64,000 nucleotides of DNA from positions 58,346,034 through 58,410,033 of the forward strand of contig NC_092372.1 in the NCBI RefSeq assembly GCF_030028105.1. Reading direction: 5' to 3'. A model generated the notes under the pieces. That model had not been told where the DNA came from. It was given only the letters and a program-made list of their open reading frames with translations, and searched no databases. Position numbers and translations under genes: made by a program. Source of the stretch: Mobula birostris. Its lineage: Eukaryota. Shown here piece after piece: positions 10,301 through 25,300 of this stretch (positions are counted from its first letter, which is position 1; the number at the start of each line of letters is the position of its first letter).

Positions 10301-13300
10301 AGTTGGTAAGTAAATTGGTCTTTGTAAATTGTCCCTTATTTAGGCTAGGATTAAATCGGCAGTTGCTGGGCTGTGTGGCTCGAAAGCCAGAAGGGCCTAC
10401 TCTGCACTTTATCACAGTAAGTAAAATTATGCTCATGTATTGTACTTGGAGGTTGCCCATACTGCCTGTGAACTATAGGTGGATGGAGGGGCATTGCTCA
10501 TTTGCACGATAGCCCCGGGGAGGGGTGGGGGTGAAAGCTGCTTTTCAGTCTGAATATCCATGCAAAGATATCTCTGTACCTCCTACCAGATGTTAGGAGA
10601 TTGAACAGGTTATTACTGGGGTTGGATGAGTTCACTGCGATTTTTCCGAGCCCGCTGTAGACATTGTGAGTTGTGGATGGTTTCCATATAAGCCCATAAG
10701 ACATAGGAGCAGAATTAGGCCCATCAAGTCTGCTCTGCCATTCAATCATGGCTGATCCTTTTTGTTAATCTCCTCGACCCCAGTTCTCAGCCTTCTCCCT
10801 GTAACCTTTAATGCCATGTCCAATCAAGAACCTATCAATCTCTGCCTTAGATACACCCAGTGATCTGGCCTCCACAGCTGCATGTGGCAACAAATTCCAC
10901 AAATTCACCATCTTTTGGCGGAAGAAATTTCTCTGCATCTGTTTTGAAAGGGCGCCACTCTATCCTGAGGTTGTGCCTTCTTGTCCTGGACTCTCCCACC
11001 GTGGGAAACATCCTTTCCACATCTACTCTGTCTAGGCCATTGAACATTCGAAAGGTTTCAATGAGATCCCCCCATCCTTCTAAATTCCAGCGAGTACAGA
11101 CCCAGAGCCCTCAAACCTTTCTCGTATGATACCCCTTTCATTCCTGGAATCATCCTTGTGAACCACCTCTGGACCCTCTCCAATGCCAACACATCTTTTC
11201 TAAAATGAGGATCCCAAAATTATTAACAATACTCAAGGTGAAGCCTCACCAGTGTCTTATCACATCCTTGCCCTTGTATTCTAGACTTCTTCAGATGAAT
11301 GCTAACATGGCATTTGCCTTCCTCACCACTGATTCTGATTCTGATTCTTTCTGATTCTCCAAGTTGTACATTATGTTGACTTGGAAGTGCATCATAATTC
11401 CTTCATGATTGCTGGATCTAAGTCTTGGAATTATCCAACAAACAGCTTTATGGAGTACTTTAACCAGAAAACTACAACAGTTATAGAAGGTGGGTTGCCA
11501 CCAGCTTTTCAGTAGGAATTGGTAATAAATATTTACCTTGCTATAGAAACATAGAAAATAGGTGCAGTAGCAAAATGATTTTCCTCTTGAATTCCATGTC
11601 TCTAATTTGGTGTGCGCTTTTCACACAGTTCCGTGTAGTGAGTTTGATGTTATGATCACTGTATGAGTACTTATTTCAAATAAAATATTTAATGGGAAAA
11701 TGTACTGGTGACCAGATTTGATCAAACTCTTGGTGCTGTGGAAGAGCTTAAAGACTAGAATCTTCCATGCCAAGGAAAAACTCCCAGCACAGATTCCTTC
11801 CGGTGCTTCCACTAAAACTCAGGTGTAACATGCTAAATTATAAGAAAAAAATAAACCAAAAAACTGAGTGCAATTCATTTAATTTTTTTTCAGTTAACCC
11901 TGCAATACTACTGATGGATTGGAAATGCTCCTAGTGCCAGTGTAATTATGTTGTTTGGCAATTATGCATGATCACTGATTGCATCAGAGGTAGTTTAGTT
12001 CTTGTATCCTCCACATTCCTATTTGAAAAGCTATTCAAAGGTTACACAAATAGTGTTCCTGACTGATTTGTTCTTTCTAGGCAATTAGTTCTGCAAAAAA
12101 AGTTTTTCCGTTACAGTTTGCTTCCTGAGTGCTTTCATACCTCTAACTATTCACTCCTTTTCTTCCCGTCAGACATTCCAAAACCTCTTTCTTTTGAAAA
12201 ATATTTGGAAATTTGCCTTAGAAATGCACTACAAAGATGCATCAATTTTTGTTTGATAATAAGAAATAGATTGTGATATTTGTTGCTCTATGACAAACAT
12301 CGTTATCAGAGTGGAACTGAAGCCAGGGAGACCAGTTAATATGGAAAGGTTTGTGTATGTTCAGTGGCTGTTTTATCTTGTAGATCTTCAGCATTCAATT
12401 TAAGTTTGCCCTTCTCAGCAGCATTCAGGATCTTTGCAAATTAAAGACTATTTTGGGTCCTCCTTGTAACTTCTATTTGCACTTTCATAAGAATGGTAGA
12501 AATAATACAGAAAAGCTGCTGTCAAATCCCGAGCAATTGTTCAAAAGAACAAATGAAGAGGAAGCCAAAGATCAGAGTCTGGATTAGAAAGTTTGCAAAT
12601 TCTTGTAGTGGAATGTGAGATGAAGCCAGAAATGGCTTCTGATTCCGGCAGGGAGCAGTCAAATTACTATGTATTAAGTATTATCAAATTGACCACATAT
12701 TTTCTACTAAATAATCAGACCCAAATTAAAAGAAACTTTAGGCAATGTCTTTGATTAATGTAACCAATGCTTGTCCTTGCTGGTCTGCGTATTGCAGATA
12801 CACATACCTAACAATATTCATTTTGCAATTAATAATTTCGGTTTTTGCAGTGTACTGCTGCTGCAACACGAACAAATTCAACATCATATAAGACGATGAT
12901 AATTCTGATTCTGAAATTTCAATTGCAGAGATATGGGCATTGGTGTTGGAGAGAATGAAAGGGAAGATCTGTGATAGGATGGTGATGCAGAGAGAAAGTA
13001 AATGGTTTTAAGTGTTGGTGCTGTCTGAATGAGAGTGGTAAAAGGCAGTGAATAACTTAAGCTGTGCCTGCTGGATGTGTGAGTAGGAGTTATAGAATGA
13101 AGTCTGAAATATTAGAGGTCTTACTGGAAATGGGATGAGAATCAGTGTTTGCAGATATTATTTTTTAATAATATGGGCACAGGCTAAGAAAAGCTTCAAA
13201 AGGTGAATGGAATGCTGGACTTTGTCTCAAAATAACAAATCAAAGCCCTGTTTAGACTGCATTACCCATGCTTAACATTCATAACAGGTATCTGTATGTT

Positions 13301-16300
13301 TCAGCTAAGGTTGTTTATATGTGGGAAACAATTTTGGTGCACATTCTGATTTGAGGAACATACCTCGTAAATCTACTTCATTTAATTTTGCAGAATACCT
13401 GGAAAGATAAGTTCACTATGGTGCTTGTTCATCATGTTTAAGTTGAAGCATTAGTGTAAAGCTTTGTGAGAAATGATTGAGAACAAATGTTAAGCATATT
13501 AATATGAAATTTAAGTGTATATTTACTTGGAATAGTTCTACCTCTTTGTTGGACTAGGATGTTCGAGATTAGTCAAATATATTAGGGTTATACAGAGAAA
13601 GGGGTTACTGACACTAAGACTTGATAGCCTGATGGTTATCCAGTGAAAAAACAACTGCGTAACAATGTTGTTTGCTCTTTGCTAGATTAAACCTATTTAT
13701 CAACAACTGCATGATTTATTTGTACTACAAAGTTCATTGTGTTACTTACACAGAGCACATTTTTTGTGTGTTAATAGTTTAATCTATTCCTATCAATATA
13801 AAATTGTGAAATAATTCATTTCCTTCTGAAATGTCTTCCCTCTGTTATCCCTCTGACCCGTAAATCTTTCTCCCGATGTAATAATTAATTTTGTTGTCTT
13901 TACTTTTCATTGAGTAAACTGTATTGATTATTATTTCAGATTTCCAGTGTCATAGAAAAAACAACTGCAGTAATGTTGCTTTTAATTTGTTAGCCTGAAT
14001 TTAATCTCAATTGTATAAACCAAATGTGCAATGCAAGATACACCAAAGTGTCTTGCCTATCAATTTTTAAGGCAGTAGTAAGGAATACAATTGTTTAACA
14101 AGAGAGATCCAAACTTCCTGTAGCAGATAAAAATATTAAGCGATTTATCTATGAGCTTTTGGGTATTACACTCTATTGCCAATCTCGGGTTCGTAATAGT
14201 AAGAGATTGTCGAGAAGTGATAAAATTGGCTATTGTGTGGTATTTTGCCAGATATAACAAACAGGTATGGAAGTAGTACTGCATGCATGAGACCTTCAGA
14301 ATATTTGTTTACATTGGAGAGTTTTTTGATACAAGATCCTCTTGCAATAGAAGTAACTCCTGAGTGTTAATTGTACATTATATTTTTATTAGTGGCTTGA
14401 ATTTCTACTTAAGAAAACTCAAAAGTTATGGAGTGATGAGGGTAATTGATTTCAGTGTAAAAACACTTGATCTCGTTTCTAAACCAAGTACTTATTATAA
14501 TGATTGTTGAAACTTCCAAAAATATTTTACAGAGGTCAGGAAAGTGCTGGAATTGTGACAAGTAATGGGAGTTCCTCACCATCATATATGACACACAAGG
14601 TATGTCTTAGTTGTTACATCATATTGATCTTTACAATATAAAGTAGTTAATTTAGTAGATTTTATTTGTTTACTCAATTTACAAACTAATTTCATTCTTC
14701 TTTGGGGCATCGAGGAATGAAAATTGTAGAAGTTAACATGTAGAAGTTAAATGTAGAAATTGGCTGAGTTTCTGGCATACATAGCTTATATATAGTGATC
14801 TTAAAAGTTAAGCAGTTGTATTCACTGTTCCCTCACTGCTCACCCACTAGAACGTCGGTCACCTGGCCAGGCTCATAACCCAACACCAGGTCAGATTCAG
14901 CTTCTCCTCTTATTGGACTATGTACGTATTTATTAAAGAAGCCCTCCCAATGCACCTAACAAGTTCTGCCAAATCTAAAGGTTTTGCACTAAGAGGTCCC
15001 AGTTTATATTAGGGAAGTTGAAGACCCCCATGACAACTACCCTATTTTCATATATAAGAGAAAATTTGCAGATGGTGGAAATCCAAGCAAACACACAGAA
15101 TGCTGGAGGAACTCAGCATCTATGGAAAGGAGTACAGCTGACATTTCGGGCTGAGAACTCAGCAAGCCAGGCAGCATCTATGGACAGGAGTACAGCTGAC
15201 ATTTTGGGCTAAGACCCTTCTGTACAACTGGAGACTTTATCTTTTCAATGATTTCATGTTCCCTGGCCCCGATCACCTTACTTGCACTATGGATGTCCAC
15301 TCCCTTTGCGTCTCCATCCCCCACCAGGAAGGCCTCAAAGCTTTCGGTTTCTTTCTAGACACTAGACCCACTGACTGACAGCTACCTGGACTATACCTCT
15401 TCCCACACTGTTACTTGTTAAAATGCCATTCCCTTTTCTCAATTCCTCCATCTCCACCACATCTGCTGTCAGGATGAGGCTTTTCATTGCAGAGCTAAGG
15501 AGTTGTACTCTTTCTTAAAAAAAGGGGGCTTCCCTTCCTCCACCATCAACACCCCCCTCAACCACATCTCTTCCATTTCATGCACGTCTGCCCTCACCCC
15601 ATCCTCCCACCACCCCACCAGGATAGAGTTCCTCTTGTGCTCACCTACCACCCCCACCAGCCTTCGTGCCCAGCACAAAATTCTCTGCAACTTCTGACAT
15701 CTTCAGCAGGATCCCACCAGCAAGCACATTTTTCTCCCTGCACTTTCTGCTATCTGCAGGGATCCCTATGCGACTCCCTTACCATTCGTCCCGTCATCCC
15801 TTCCCACTGATCTCCCTCCTGGCACATCCTTGAAAGCAGAACGAGTGCTACCCTTGGCACTACATCTCCCTTGCTACCATTCAGAGCCCCAGACAGTCCT
15901 TCCAAGTGTAGCGACACTTGACCTGTGAGTCTGTTATGGTCATCTACTGTATGTCGGGGAGACCACCTCACTGAGCACCTAGGCTCCATCCACCGGAAGA
16001 AGTGGTATCACCCACTGGTCACCCATTTTAATTCCACTTCCCATTCCCATTCTGATATGTATGTCCATGCCCTCCTTTACTGTTGTGATGAGGCCACACT
16101 CAGGTGGGAGGAATAACACCTTATATTCCATCACGGTAGCCTCCAACCTGATGGGATGAACATCAATTTCTTAAACTTCCGGTAATGCTCCTTCACCATT
16201 CCCCATTCCTATTTCCCTCTCTTATCTCATCTCCTTATCTGCCGATCCTCCGATCTGAATGTACTCCCTCCACCACCACCCTCTGCCTTCTGCAGGCAAG

Positions 16301-19300
16301 CCAATTCTGAATCCACCTGGCCAAACTTCCCTGGATCCCATGCCTTCTAACTTTCTGAATAAGCCTACCATGTGGAACCTTGTCAAATGCCTTACTAAAA
16401 TCCATATAGATCACATCCACTGCACTACCCTCATCTATGTGCCTGGTCACCTCCTCAAAGAACTCTATCAGGCTTGTTAGACACGATCTGCCCTTCACAA
16501 AGCCATGCTGACTGTCCTTGATCAGACCATGATTCTCTAAATGCCCACAGATCCTATCTCTAAGAATCTTTTCCAATAGCTTTCCCACCACAGACGTAAG
16601 GCCCACTGGTCTATAATTACCCGGACTGTCCCTACCACCTTTTTTGAACAAGGGGACAACATTCGCCTCCCTCCAATCCTCCAGTACCATTCCCGTGGAC
16701 AACGAGGACATAAAGATCCCAGCCAGAGGCTCAGCAATTTCTTCTCTCGCCTCGTGGAGCAGCCTGGGGAATATTCCATCAGGCCTCGGGGACTTATCTG
16801 CCCTAATGTATTTTAACAACTCCCAACACCTCCTCTCCCTTAATATCAACATGCTCCAGAACATCAGCCTCACTCATATTGTCCTCACCATCATCAAGTT
16901 CCCTCTCATTGGTGAAAACCAAAGAGAAGTATTCATTGAGGACCTCTCTCACTTCCACAGCCTCCAGGCACATCTTCCCACCTTTATCTCTAATTGGTCC
17001 TACCTTCACTCCTGTCATCCTTTTTTCCTTCACATTATTGAAGAATGCCTTGGGGTTTTCCTTTACCCTACTCGCCAAGGCCTTTTCATGCCCCCTTCTT
17101 GCTCTTCTCAGCCCCTTCTTAAGCTCCTTTCTTGCTTCCCTATATTCCTCAATAGACCCATCTGATCCTTACTTCCTAATCCTCACGTATGCTGCCTTCT
17201 TCCACCTGACTAGATTTTCTTCCTCACTTGTCACCCATGGTTCCTTCACCCTACCATTCTTTATCTTCCTCACTGGGACAAATTTATCCCTAATATCCGG
17301 CAAGAGATCTCTAAACATCGACCACATGTCCATAGTACATTTCCTTGCAAAAACATCATCCCAATTCACACCCGCAAGTTCTAGCCTTATAGCCTCATAA
17401 TTTGCCCTTCCCCAATTAAAAATTTTCCTGTCCTGTCTGATTCTATCCTTTTCCATGATAATGCTAAAGGCCAGGGAGCGGTGGTCACTGTCCCCCAGAT
17501 GCTCACCCACTGAGAGATCTGTGACCTGACCTGGTTCATTACCTAGTACTAGATCTAGTATGGCATTCCCTCTGGTCGGCCTGTCCACATACTGTGACAG
17601 GAATCCGTCCTGGACACACATAACAAACTCTGCTCCATCTGAACCCTTGGAACTAATCAGGTGCCAATCAATATTAGGGAAGTTAAAGTCACCCATGATA
17701 ACAACCCTGTTATTTTTGCACCTTTCCAAGATCTGCCTCCCAATCTGCTCCTCTGTATCTCTGCTGCTACCAGGGGGCGTATAGAATACCCCCAATAGAG
17801 TAACTGCTCCCTTCCTGTTCCTGACTTCCACCCATATTGACTCAAAAGAGGATCCTGCTACATTACCTACCCTTTCTGTAGCTGTAATAGTATCCCTGAC
17901 CAGTAATGCCACCCCTCTTCCCCTTTTTCTGCCCTCTCTATCCCTTTTAAAGCACTGAAATCCAGGAATATTGAGAATTCATTCCTGCCCTGGTGCCAGC
18001 CAAGTCTCTGTAATGGCCACTACATCATAATTCCATCTATGTATCCAAGCTCTCAGTTCATCACCTTTGTTCCTGATGCTGAGACGGGAGGAGAATGGGG
18101 TTGAGGGATAATCAATCAGCCATGATTGAATGGCGGAGCAGACTCTGGGCAGAATGACCTAATTCTGCTCCGATGTTTTACAGTCTGATCTTCAGTCAGC
18201 AATGAAACAAAAGACTTCATTGTTGGCCCAAGAAAAAATGCTCTTCAAAAGATTGAGTAATCTCCATGGCAAGCATTTTCTCTTTTTCAACTCTTAACCA
18301 GTAGTGAGTTCAAGAGTTCTTATAGTAGCAATGTCTAGAAGCAAAAAGAAACATTTTAAATTAATAAGGTTTCAAATGAAACTTGCCTCATTTGAAGATA
18401 TGGCATTAGTGCAACTTCTATTTCAATGAGCTCAGCTCTCTTTTTTTTAAACCCATGATATACAGTCTACTTCGTCTCCAACCTGCCATCCTAGGAAACA
18501 ATTTGGAGAATTCTCACTGTAGTCCCTCCTTTGCAAATGTACCGTTCCTTGTATAGGAATATCACACCTAAATAAAACATTCTAGTTCTAGTTTACATGC
18601 ATTGATGTTTTGTTTCACCAGGGCTCAAATTCATTAGAGCAAGCCCACAGTTCTCTTGTATTCAAATCCCCTTGCTAGTCAGACCATCATGCTGTTAGCT
18701 TTTTCTCATTAATTACTGAACCTGCACGTTAACCTTCATTGATTTGTGTAGCATACCTTGGTCCCTCTGATACCAATGTCTTTCAGTCTCTCACAATTTA
18801 TTTTGCCTTTTTCTTCCTAACAAAGTGGATAACTTCACATATTTCCACATTATGTTCCTTGCCCATTCACTTGTCTAAATTATAGTACACATATCAAAAT
18901 TAACTAAATTGTAATTTTGTAGGAATTTACAATGCCATGAAAAGCAAATCTGCAGAGTTCAAACCATTACATGAATAAGTTGTGCAACTGTGATTAACAT
19001 TGTGTCTAAATAAATACTTTCATCATAGAGGCCGTAACTAAAAGATAAAGATGCTCCAGGATGAACTTGGGTCTTTGCTCGCTGGTTTAAAAAATTTCTT
19101 GCTATGTCCATGATCTATTATTTGCTTTCATTATGGGTTTTCTCAACTTACTCCATGTTGCTTACCCAAAAATTCCCTCTCAGGTAAATGCACTTGCATG
19201 TGTTAGAGTAAATTGTAACAATAAATTTTATTTCTTTTTTTTAACTTATTTGAGGTATTGTTCAAATCCACAGTTATTGACAGTATTTTGGAGTGGTACT

Positions 19301-22300
19301 TCACAGAGTAGAAACACAACTTTATGATAAATATGCATTGAATGCAGTTGCTTATGTTTAGTTTCCAAAATACATTCAGAGAAACATTGTAAATATCATG
19401 AATTAAGAGGATTTTTTGTTCCCCTTTGAAACTGTGATAGTTTTTAACTCAACGTTACGGAAATCAAGAGCAGCTCTAAAAATGTTTTTTTTTAATAGGG
19501 AATGGGCCTCGTAAGCAATAACTTTCATGAAGATCAGATAAAAAAGCTTCGCAGTGGAAATCTGGGTATAGGACATACACGATATTCTACATCGGGTATT
19601 TCCGAGTTACAGAACTGTCAGCCATTCGTGGTGGAAACACTTCATGGAAAGATTGCTTTAGCTCACAATGGAGAATTGATCAATGCAAAACAATTAAAAA
19701 TGAAGGTATGGCATTGGTCTAATTACATCTGATGAAGTAATAATAAATGAAAATGTATTTTGAACTATTGTCTTTTAGTAAATGTTTACAACACAAATGA
19801 TTATGGATGAATAACTGAGATGAGATCCAGGTCCAAACTTCATTTCCTGGTAAATACGTTACGTAAGTGTCATGTTTGTTTGCAAGTAGCACTTGCCTCA
19901 TGTAAACACAAGAGATTTTGTAACTGATGGAAATCCAGATCTGCACATAAGAAATGCTGGAGAAACTCAGCAGGCCAGGCAGCGTGAATAAACAGTTGAC
20001 GTTTCAGGCTAAAACTTTTTCAGGACTGAACTTGCCTTGTGTCGCAGTTTTCAATACAGCTCCCATTTCACAAACTTGAGCTCAAACAGTACTGATGTTC
20101 CATTTCTGTAGTGAGGTGTGCATAAAGTAGGAAACATAGTGTTCTGACACAATTGAAGTTTATGGTGGGGGTTGATGAGGCCAATGACTAATTGTTCAGC
20201 TGCTGTTTCTTGTCTTGCACACTTAACTCAGCCTTGAGGTAAATTGTGCTGAAAGTAAACAATGGTGTAACTTTGCACCTCATTGTTATATTAATCTTTC
20301 ATTCATGTATTTATGGTCGCTGAAAAATTAGAGCATAAAGGATCGTTTGAGGTCAGTGAGACACCGCAACTAATGGTCTCTTCCTTGTAGAGAAGAGGCC
20401 TCTGTTGCAATGCTAATGGGTCATGTGTGATTGCTAGTAATTGTCTCATGGTCGCATGACCTTGTGCCATTAGATAGATAAATTGTAAATATAACTCTTG
20501 TTGCCCCTGAAGTATGGACATACATTGAAAACATATTTGACGGGCCAGCTGGTGGCGCAATGACATCGGTGCCGGACCTGAGAGTGGAGGTTCCCGGGTT
20601 CGAAACCAGTGGGGTCCGCTCCTGAGTAATTTTCCATCCGTGCCGGGTTGAGTGTGGAGATCGCAACTCGACCTCGTAAAGTAAAAAGGGGAAAATACTG
20701 TGAAAATGTCTGTGTGAGGAGTGGCACGCCACACAGTCTGTCTCTCGCTCCACGCCTTGTAAAAAGCCATGAAAAAGACATCATCGCGGACACGCACACG
20801 CATAGACGCACATGCACAGACTTGCACGCATGCAGGCACATGGCAAAAAAAAAGAAAACATATTTGACATCCAAGGCAGCCAGTTATTGCACAGGTATTT
20901 ATAGATGAAACAGAACCTCAAATTTAATGCAGCCAGTACAATTTGTTTGCTTGGCTTCCATGTGGCAAATCACCAAGCAGTAGCCCTAACAAGATTTGCA
21001 TTTCTGCAATTCACTGTTATAGATGCAATCTGAATTGAAAGATCCACTGAGAAGACATCAACTCCATTGCAAATTTTTCCACAAAACTTGCAATGGAGTG
21101 TTCAAGTTGGAGCATTGCCTAAGCACTAGATCATCAAGAACGTGCTGGCTCTTGTAGAATAGTCCCATTTGCTTGTTTTATTCTCAGCCCTGTTCAGTTT
21201 TTTCCCTCATGCCTATCCAACTTCCTTGTGAAATCATTGATCATTTTGGCTTTCACCAACATTATAGATGAGTTTGACTAGATTATCATTCTACTCACTG
21301 CACTTCAGTAAAGAAAAGTTCTTCCTCATGTATTACTCAAAGCCTTGAGTCTTTGTCTCTTAGCCCTTGCACTAGAAGCTTAATCAGAACAGTTCTCCTT
21401 TGCTTGACTTATGACAAACAGGTCATATAATCTTATCCTCATCACCTCTGTTACAGCTTTGATAAGGTATCTTGCTCTTGGATTGTCTGCTATAGAGCTT
21501 AGAAGCTCAAAATAATAATACTCAAATGTCAATATTAAAGAAAATGTTAAAACAGGTTATGTTTTGCAAAACCCTGCAGTTTCATTCCATCTGCAACCTG
21601 ATGGCATGAACATCAATTTCTCCAACTTCTGGTAGAGTCTCCCTTGACTCCCTCCTTCTATTTTTCAATTCCCCATTCTGGTTATCTTCTCACCTGCACA
21701 TCACCTCCCTCCGGTTACCTCCTTCCCTTTCTTCCATAGTCCACTGTCCTCTCCTATCAGATTCCTTGCTCTTCAACCATTTATCTCTTCCATCTCTCCC
21801 CTCCATCTTCTTATTTTATTGCTTCTCCCCTTAACACCCATCTTCGCCTACACATGGTCTCGCCTATCAACTGTCAGCTTGTTCTCCTTCTTCCTTCTGC
21901 TTTGTTTTTGTCTCTGCTCCCTTTTTTTCCAGTCCTAATTTAGGGTCTCATATGTCGACTGTTTATTTCCCTCCGTAGATGCTGCCTGATTTTCTGAGTT
22001 CTTCCAGCACTTTGTGTGTTGCTCAAGGTCTCTAGCCTCAACAGAATCTCTGTGTTCATCAATTTCAGAAGACTTATTTAAATTTATTCATTGTAGAAAT
22101 TGGACAGTTGGCTGAATCAAATGTTAAAATTTGCCATCAAATCAGTTACTTCCATGGAAATTTCACATTCTCCTTTATTTGGAATAAGCTGAACTTTGAA
22201 CTTGTACCCCCAGAATTGATTAACATTACAAACAATTGTGTGTAGTAAAGAATCCCAATAGTTTCTATATAATACGAGAACAAGCTTTTCAAGCTTTACC

Positions 22301-25300
22301 TGCAAGTTAATCGTGACTGATGTGTCCCAGGTCTTAACTCTTCTGGCAGTTCCATGAATTCCCCATGATTCAAATATTTATCTATGCTCCCGTTAAATAT
22401 CTTGTGATGTAGCCTCCACAACTGTACGCAGTAGAGAAATCCAGATAGTCAGGAGAACTTCCAGCACACCTCACTTTTGAATGAATACTCTGCCCCTTAC
22501 CTTGTAACTATGCAATTTCATTCAAATTCTCCCACTAATGGAAACATTTCAACAGACTCCTTAAGATATTATATGTTTCAATAAGAATACTCATAGAAAT
22601 GTAGAAACGTAGAAAACCTATAGCACAATACAGGCCCTTTGGCCCACAGTGCTGTGCCAAACATGTACTTAAATTAGAAATTACCTAGGGTTACCCATAG
22701 CTCTCTATCTTTCTAAGCTCCATGTACCTATCCAGGAGTCTCTTAAAAGACCCTATCGTATCCGCCTCCACCACCGTTGCCAGCAGCCCATTCCACGCAC
22801 TTACCACTCTCTGTGTAAATAAAACTTACCCTGACTTCTCCTCTGTACCTACTTCCAAGCACCTTAAAACTGTGCCCTCTTGTGTTAGCCATTTCAGCCC
22901 TGGGAAATATCCTCTGAATATCCACACAATCAATGCCTCTCATCATTTTATACAGCTCTATCAGGTCACCTCTCATCCTCCATCGCTCCAAGGAGAAAAG
23001 GCCAAGTTCACTCAACCTATTCTCATAAGGCATACTCTCCAATCCAGTCAACATCCTTGTAAATCTCTGCACCCTTTCTGTAGTTTCCACATCCTTCCTG
23101 TAGTGAGGTGACCAGAATTGAGCACAGTACTCCAAGTGGGGTCTGACCAGGGTCGTATATATCTGTAACATTACCTCTCGGTTCTTAAACTCAATCTCAC
23201 GGTTGATGAAGGCCAAAGCACCATATGCCTTCTTAAACTACAGAGTAAACCTGCGCAGTAGCTTTGAGTCTCTTATGGACTTGGGCCCCAAGATCCCTCT
23301 GATCCTCCATACTGCCAAGAGCTTTACCGTTAGTACTATATTCTGCCATCATATTTGACCTACCAAAATGAACTACATCAGGCTTATCTGGGTTGAACTC
23401 TATCTGCCACTCCTCAGCCCAGTTTTGCATCCTATTGATGTCTGGCTGTAACCTTTGACAGCCCTCCACACTATCCACAACACCCCCAACCTTTGTATCA
23501 TCAGCAAATTTACTAACCCATCCCTCCACTTCCTCACCCAGGTCATTTATAAAAGTCGCGAAGAGAAGGGGTCCCGGAATACATCCCTGAGGCACAGCAC
23601 TGGTCACCGACCTCCATGCAGAATATGACCTGTCTACAACCACTCTGCCTTCTGTGAGCAAACCAATTCTGGATCCACAAAGCAAGATCCCCTTGGATCC
23701 CATGCCTCCTTACTTTCTCAATAAGCCTTGCATGGGGTACCTTGTCAGATGCCTTGCTGAAATCCATATACACTACATCTACTGCTGTACCTTCATCCAT
23801 GTGTTTATCCTCAAAAAATTCTATCAGGCTCGTAAGGCACGACCTGCCCTTAATGAAGCTATGCTGACTATTTCTAATCATCATATGCCTCTCCAAATAT
23901 TCATAAATCCAGCCTCTCAGGATCTTTTCCTTCAAGTTACCAACCACTGAACTAAGATGCACTGGTCTATAATTTCATGGGTTAACTCTACTCCTTATCT
24001 TGAATAAGGGAACAACATCTGCAACCCTCCAATCCTCCAGAATCTCTCTTGTCTGATTGATGATGCGAAGATCATTGCCAAAGGCTCAGCAATCTCCTCC
24101 TTTGACTCCCACAGTAGCCTGGGGTATATCTTGTCCGGTCCCGGTGACTTATCCAACTTAATGCTTTCCAAAAGCTCCAGCACATCCTCTTTCTTAATAT
24201 CTATATGCTCAAGCTTTTCAGTCCGCTGTAAGTCATCCCTACAATCACCAAGTCCTTTTCCATAGTCAATACTGAAGCAAAGTATTCATTAAGTACCTTC
24301 ACTATCTCCTCCGGTTCCATACACACTTTTCCACTATCACACTTGATTGGTCCTATTCTCTCACATCTTATCCTCTTGCTCTTCACATATTCGTAGAATG
24401 CCTTGGGGTTTTCCTTAATCCTGCTCGCCAAGGCCTCTTATGGCCCTTTTTGGCTCTCCTATTTCTTAAGCTCCTTCCTGCTAGCCTTATAATCTAGATC
24501 TCTCTCATTATCTAGTTTTTTGAACCTTTTGTAAGCTTTTCTTCTGGACTAGATTTTCAACAGCCTATGTGCAATACGTTTTCTGTACCTTACCATTGTT
24601 TCCCTGTCACATTGGAACGTACCTATGCAGAATGCCACGCAAATATCCCCTGAACATTTGCCACGTATCAGAATCGGAATTAAGTTTAATATCACCAGCA
24701 TGTGATGTGATAATATTCAGGGGGTAGGAACATTATCCAAATGTTGCAGTTCAATGCAATACATAATCTAGCAGAGAAAAAATATTATAATAATTAATAA
24801 AGAAGTAAATCAATTTCAGTATACGTATATTGAATAGATTTTTTAAAAATGTACAAAGACAGAAATACTGTATATTTTTTTTTAAAAAGTGAAGTAATGT
24901 GGAAAGATTCAATATCCATTTAGGAATTGGATGGCAGAGGGGAAGAAGCTGTTCCTGAATCGCTGAGTGTGTGCTTTCAAGCTTCCGTACCTCCTGCCTG
25001 ATGGTAGCAGTGAGAAAAGGGTATGCCCTGAGGGCTGGAGGTCCTTAATAATGGACGCTGCCTTTCTGAGACACTGCTCCCTGAAGATGTCCTGGGTACT
25101 TTGTAGGCTAGGACCCAAGATGGAGCTGATTAGATTTACAACCTTCTGCAGCTTCTTTTGGTCCTGTGCAGTACCCTTCCATACCAGACAGTGATACAGC
25201 CTGTCAGAATGCTCTCCACTGTACAACTCTAGAAGTTTTTGAGTGTATTTGTTGACATGCCAAATCTCTTCAAACTCCTACTAAAGTATGGCCACTGTCT

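Noticed and set aside
20303-20908. ORFs of 86-178 aa on both strands, and a possible tRNA gene at 20542-20615
   Set aside because: They coincide with a TSD-flanked SINE; I could not fold a convincing cloverleaf and the head runs on into SINE body.
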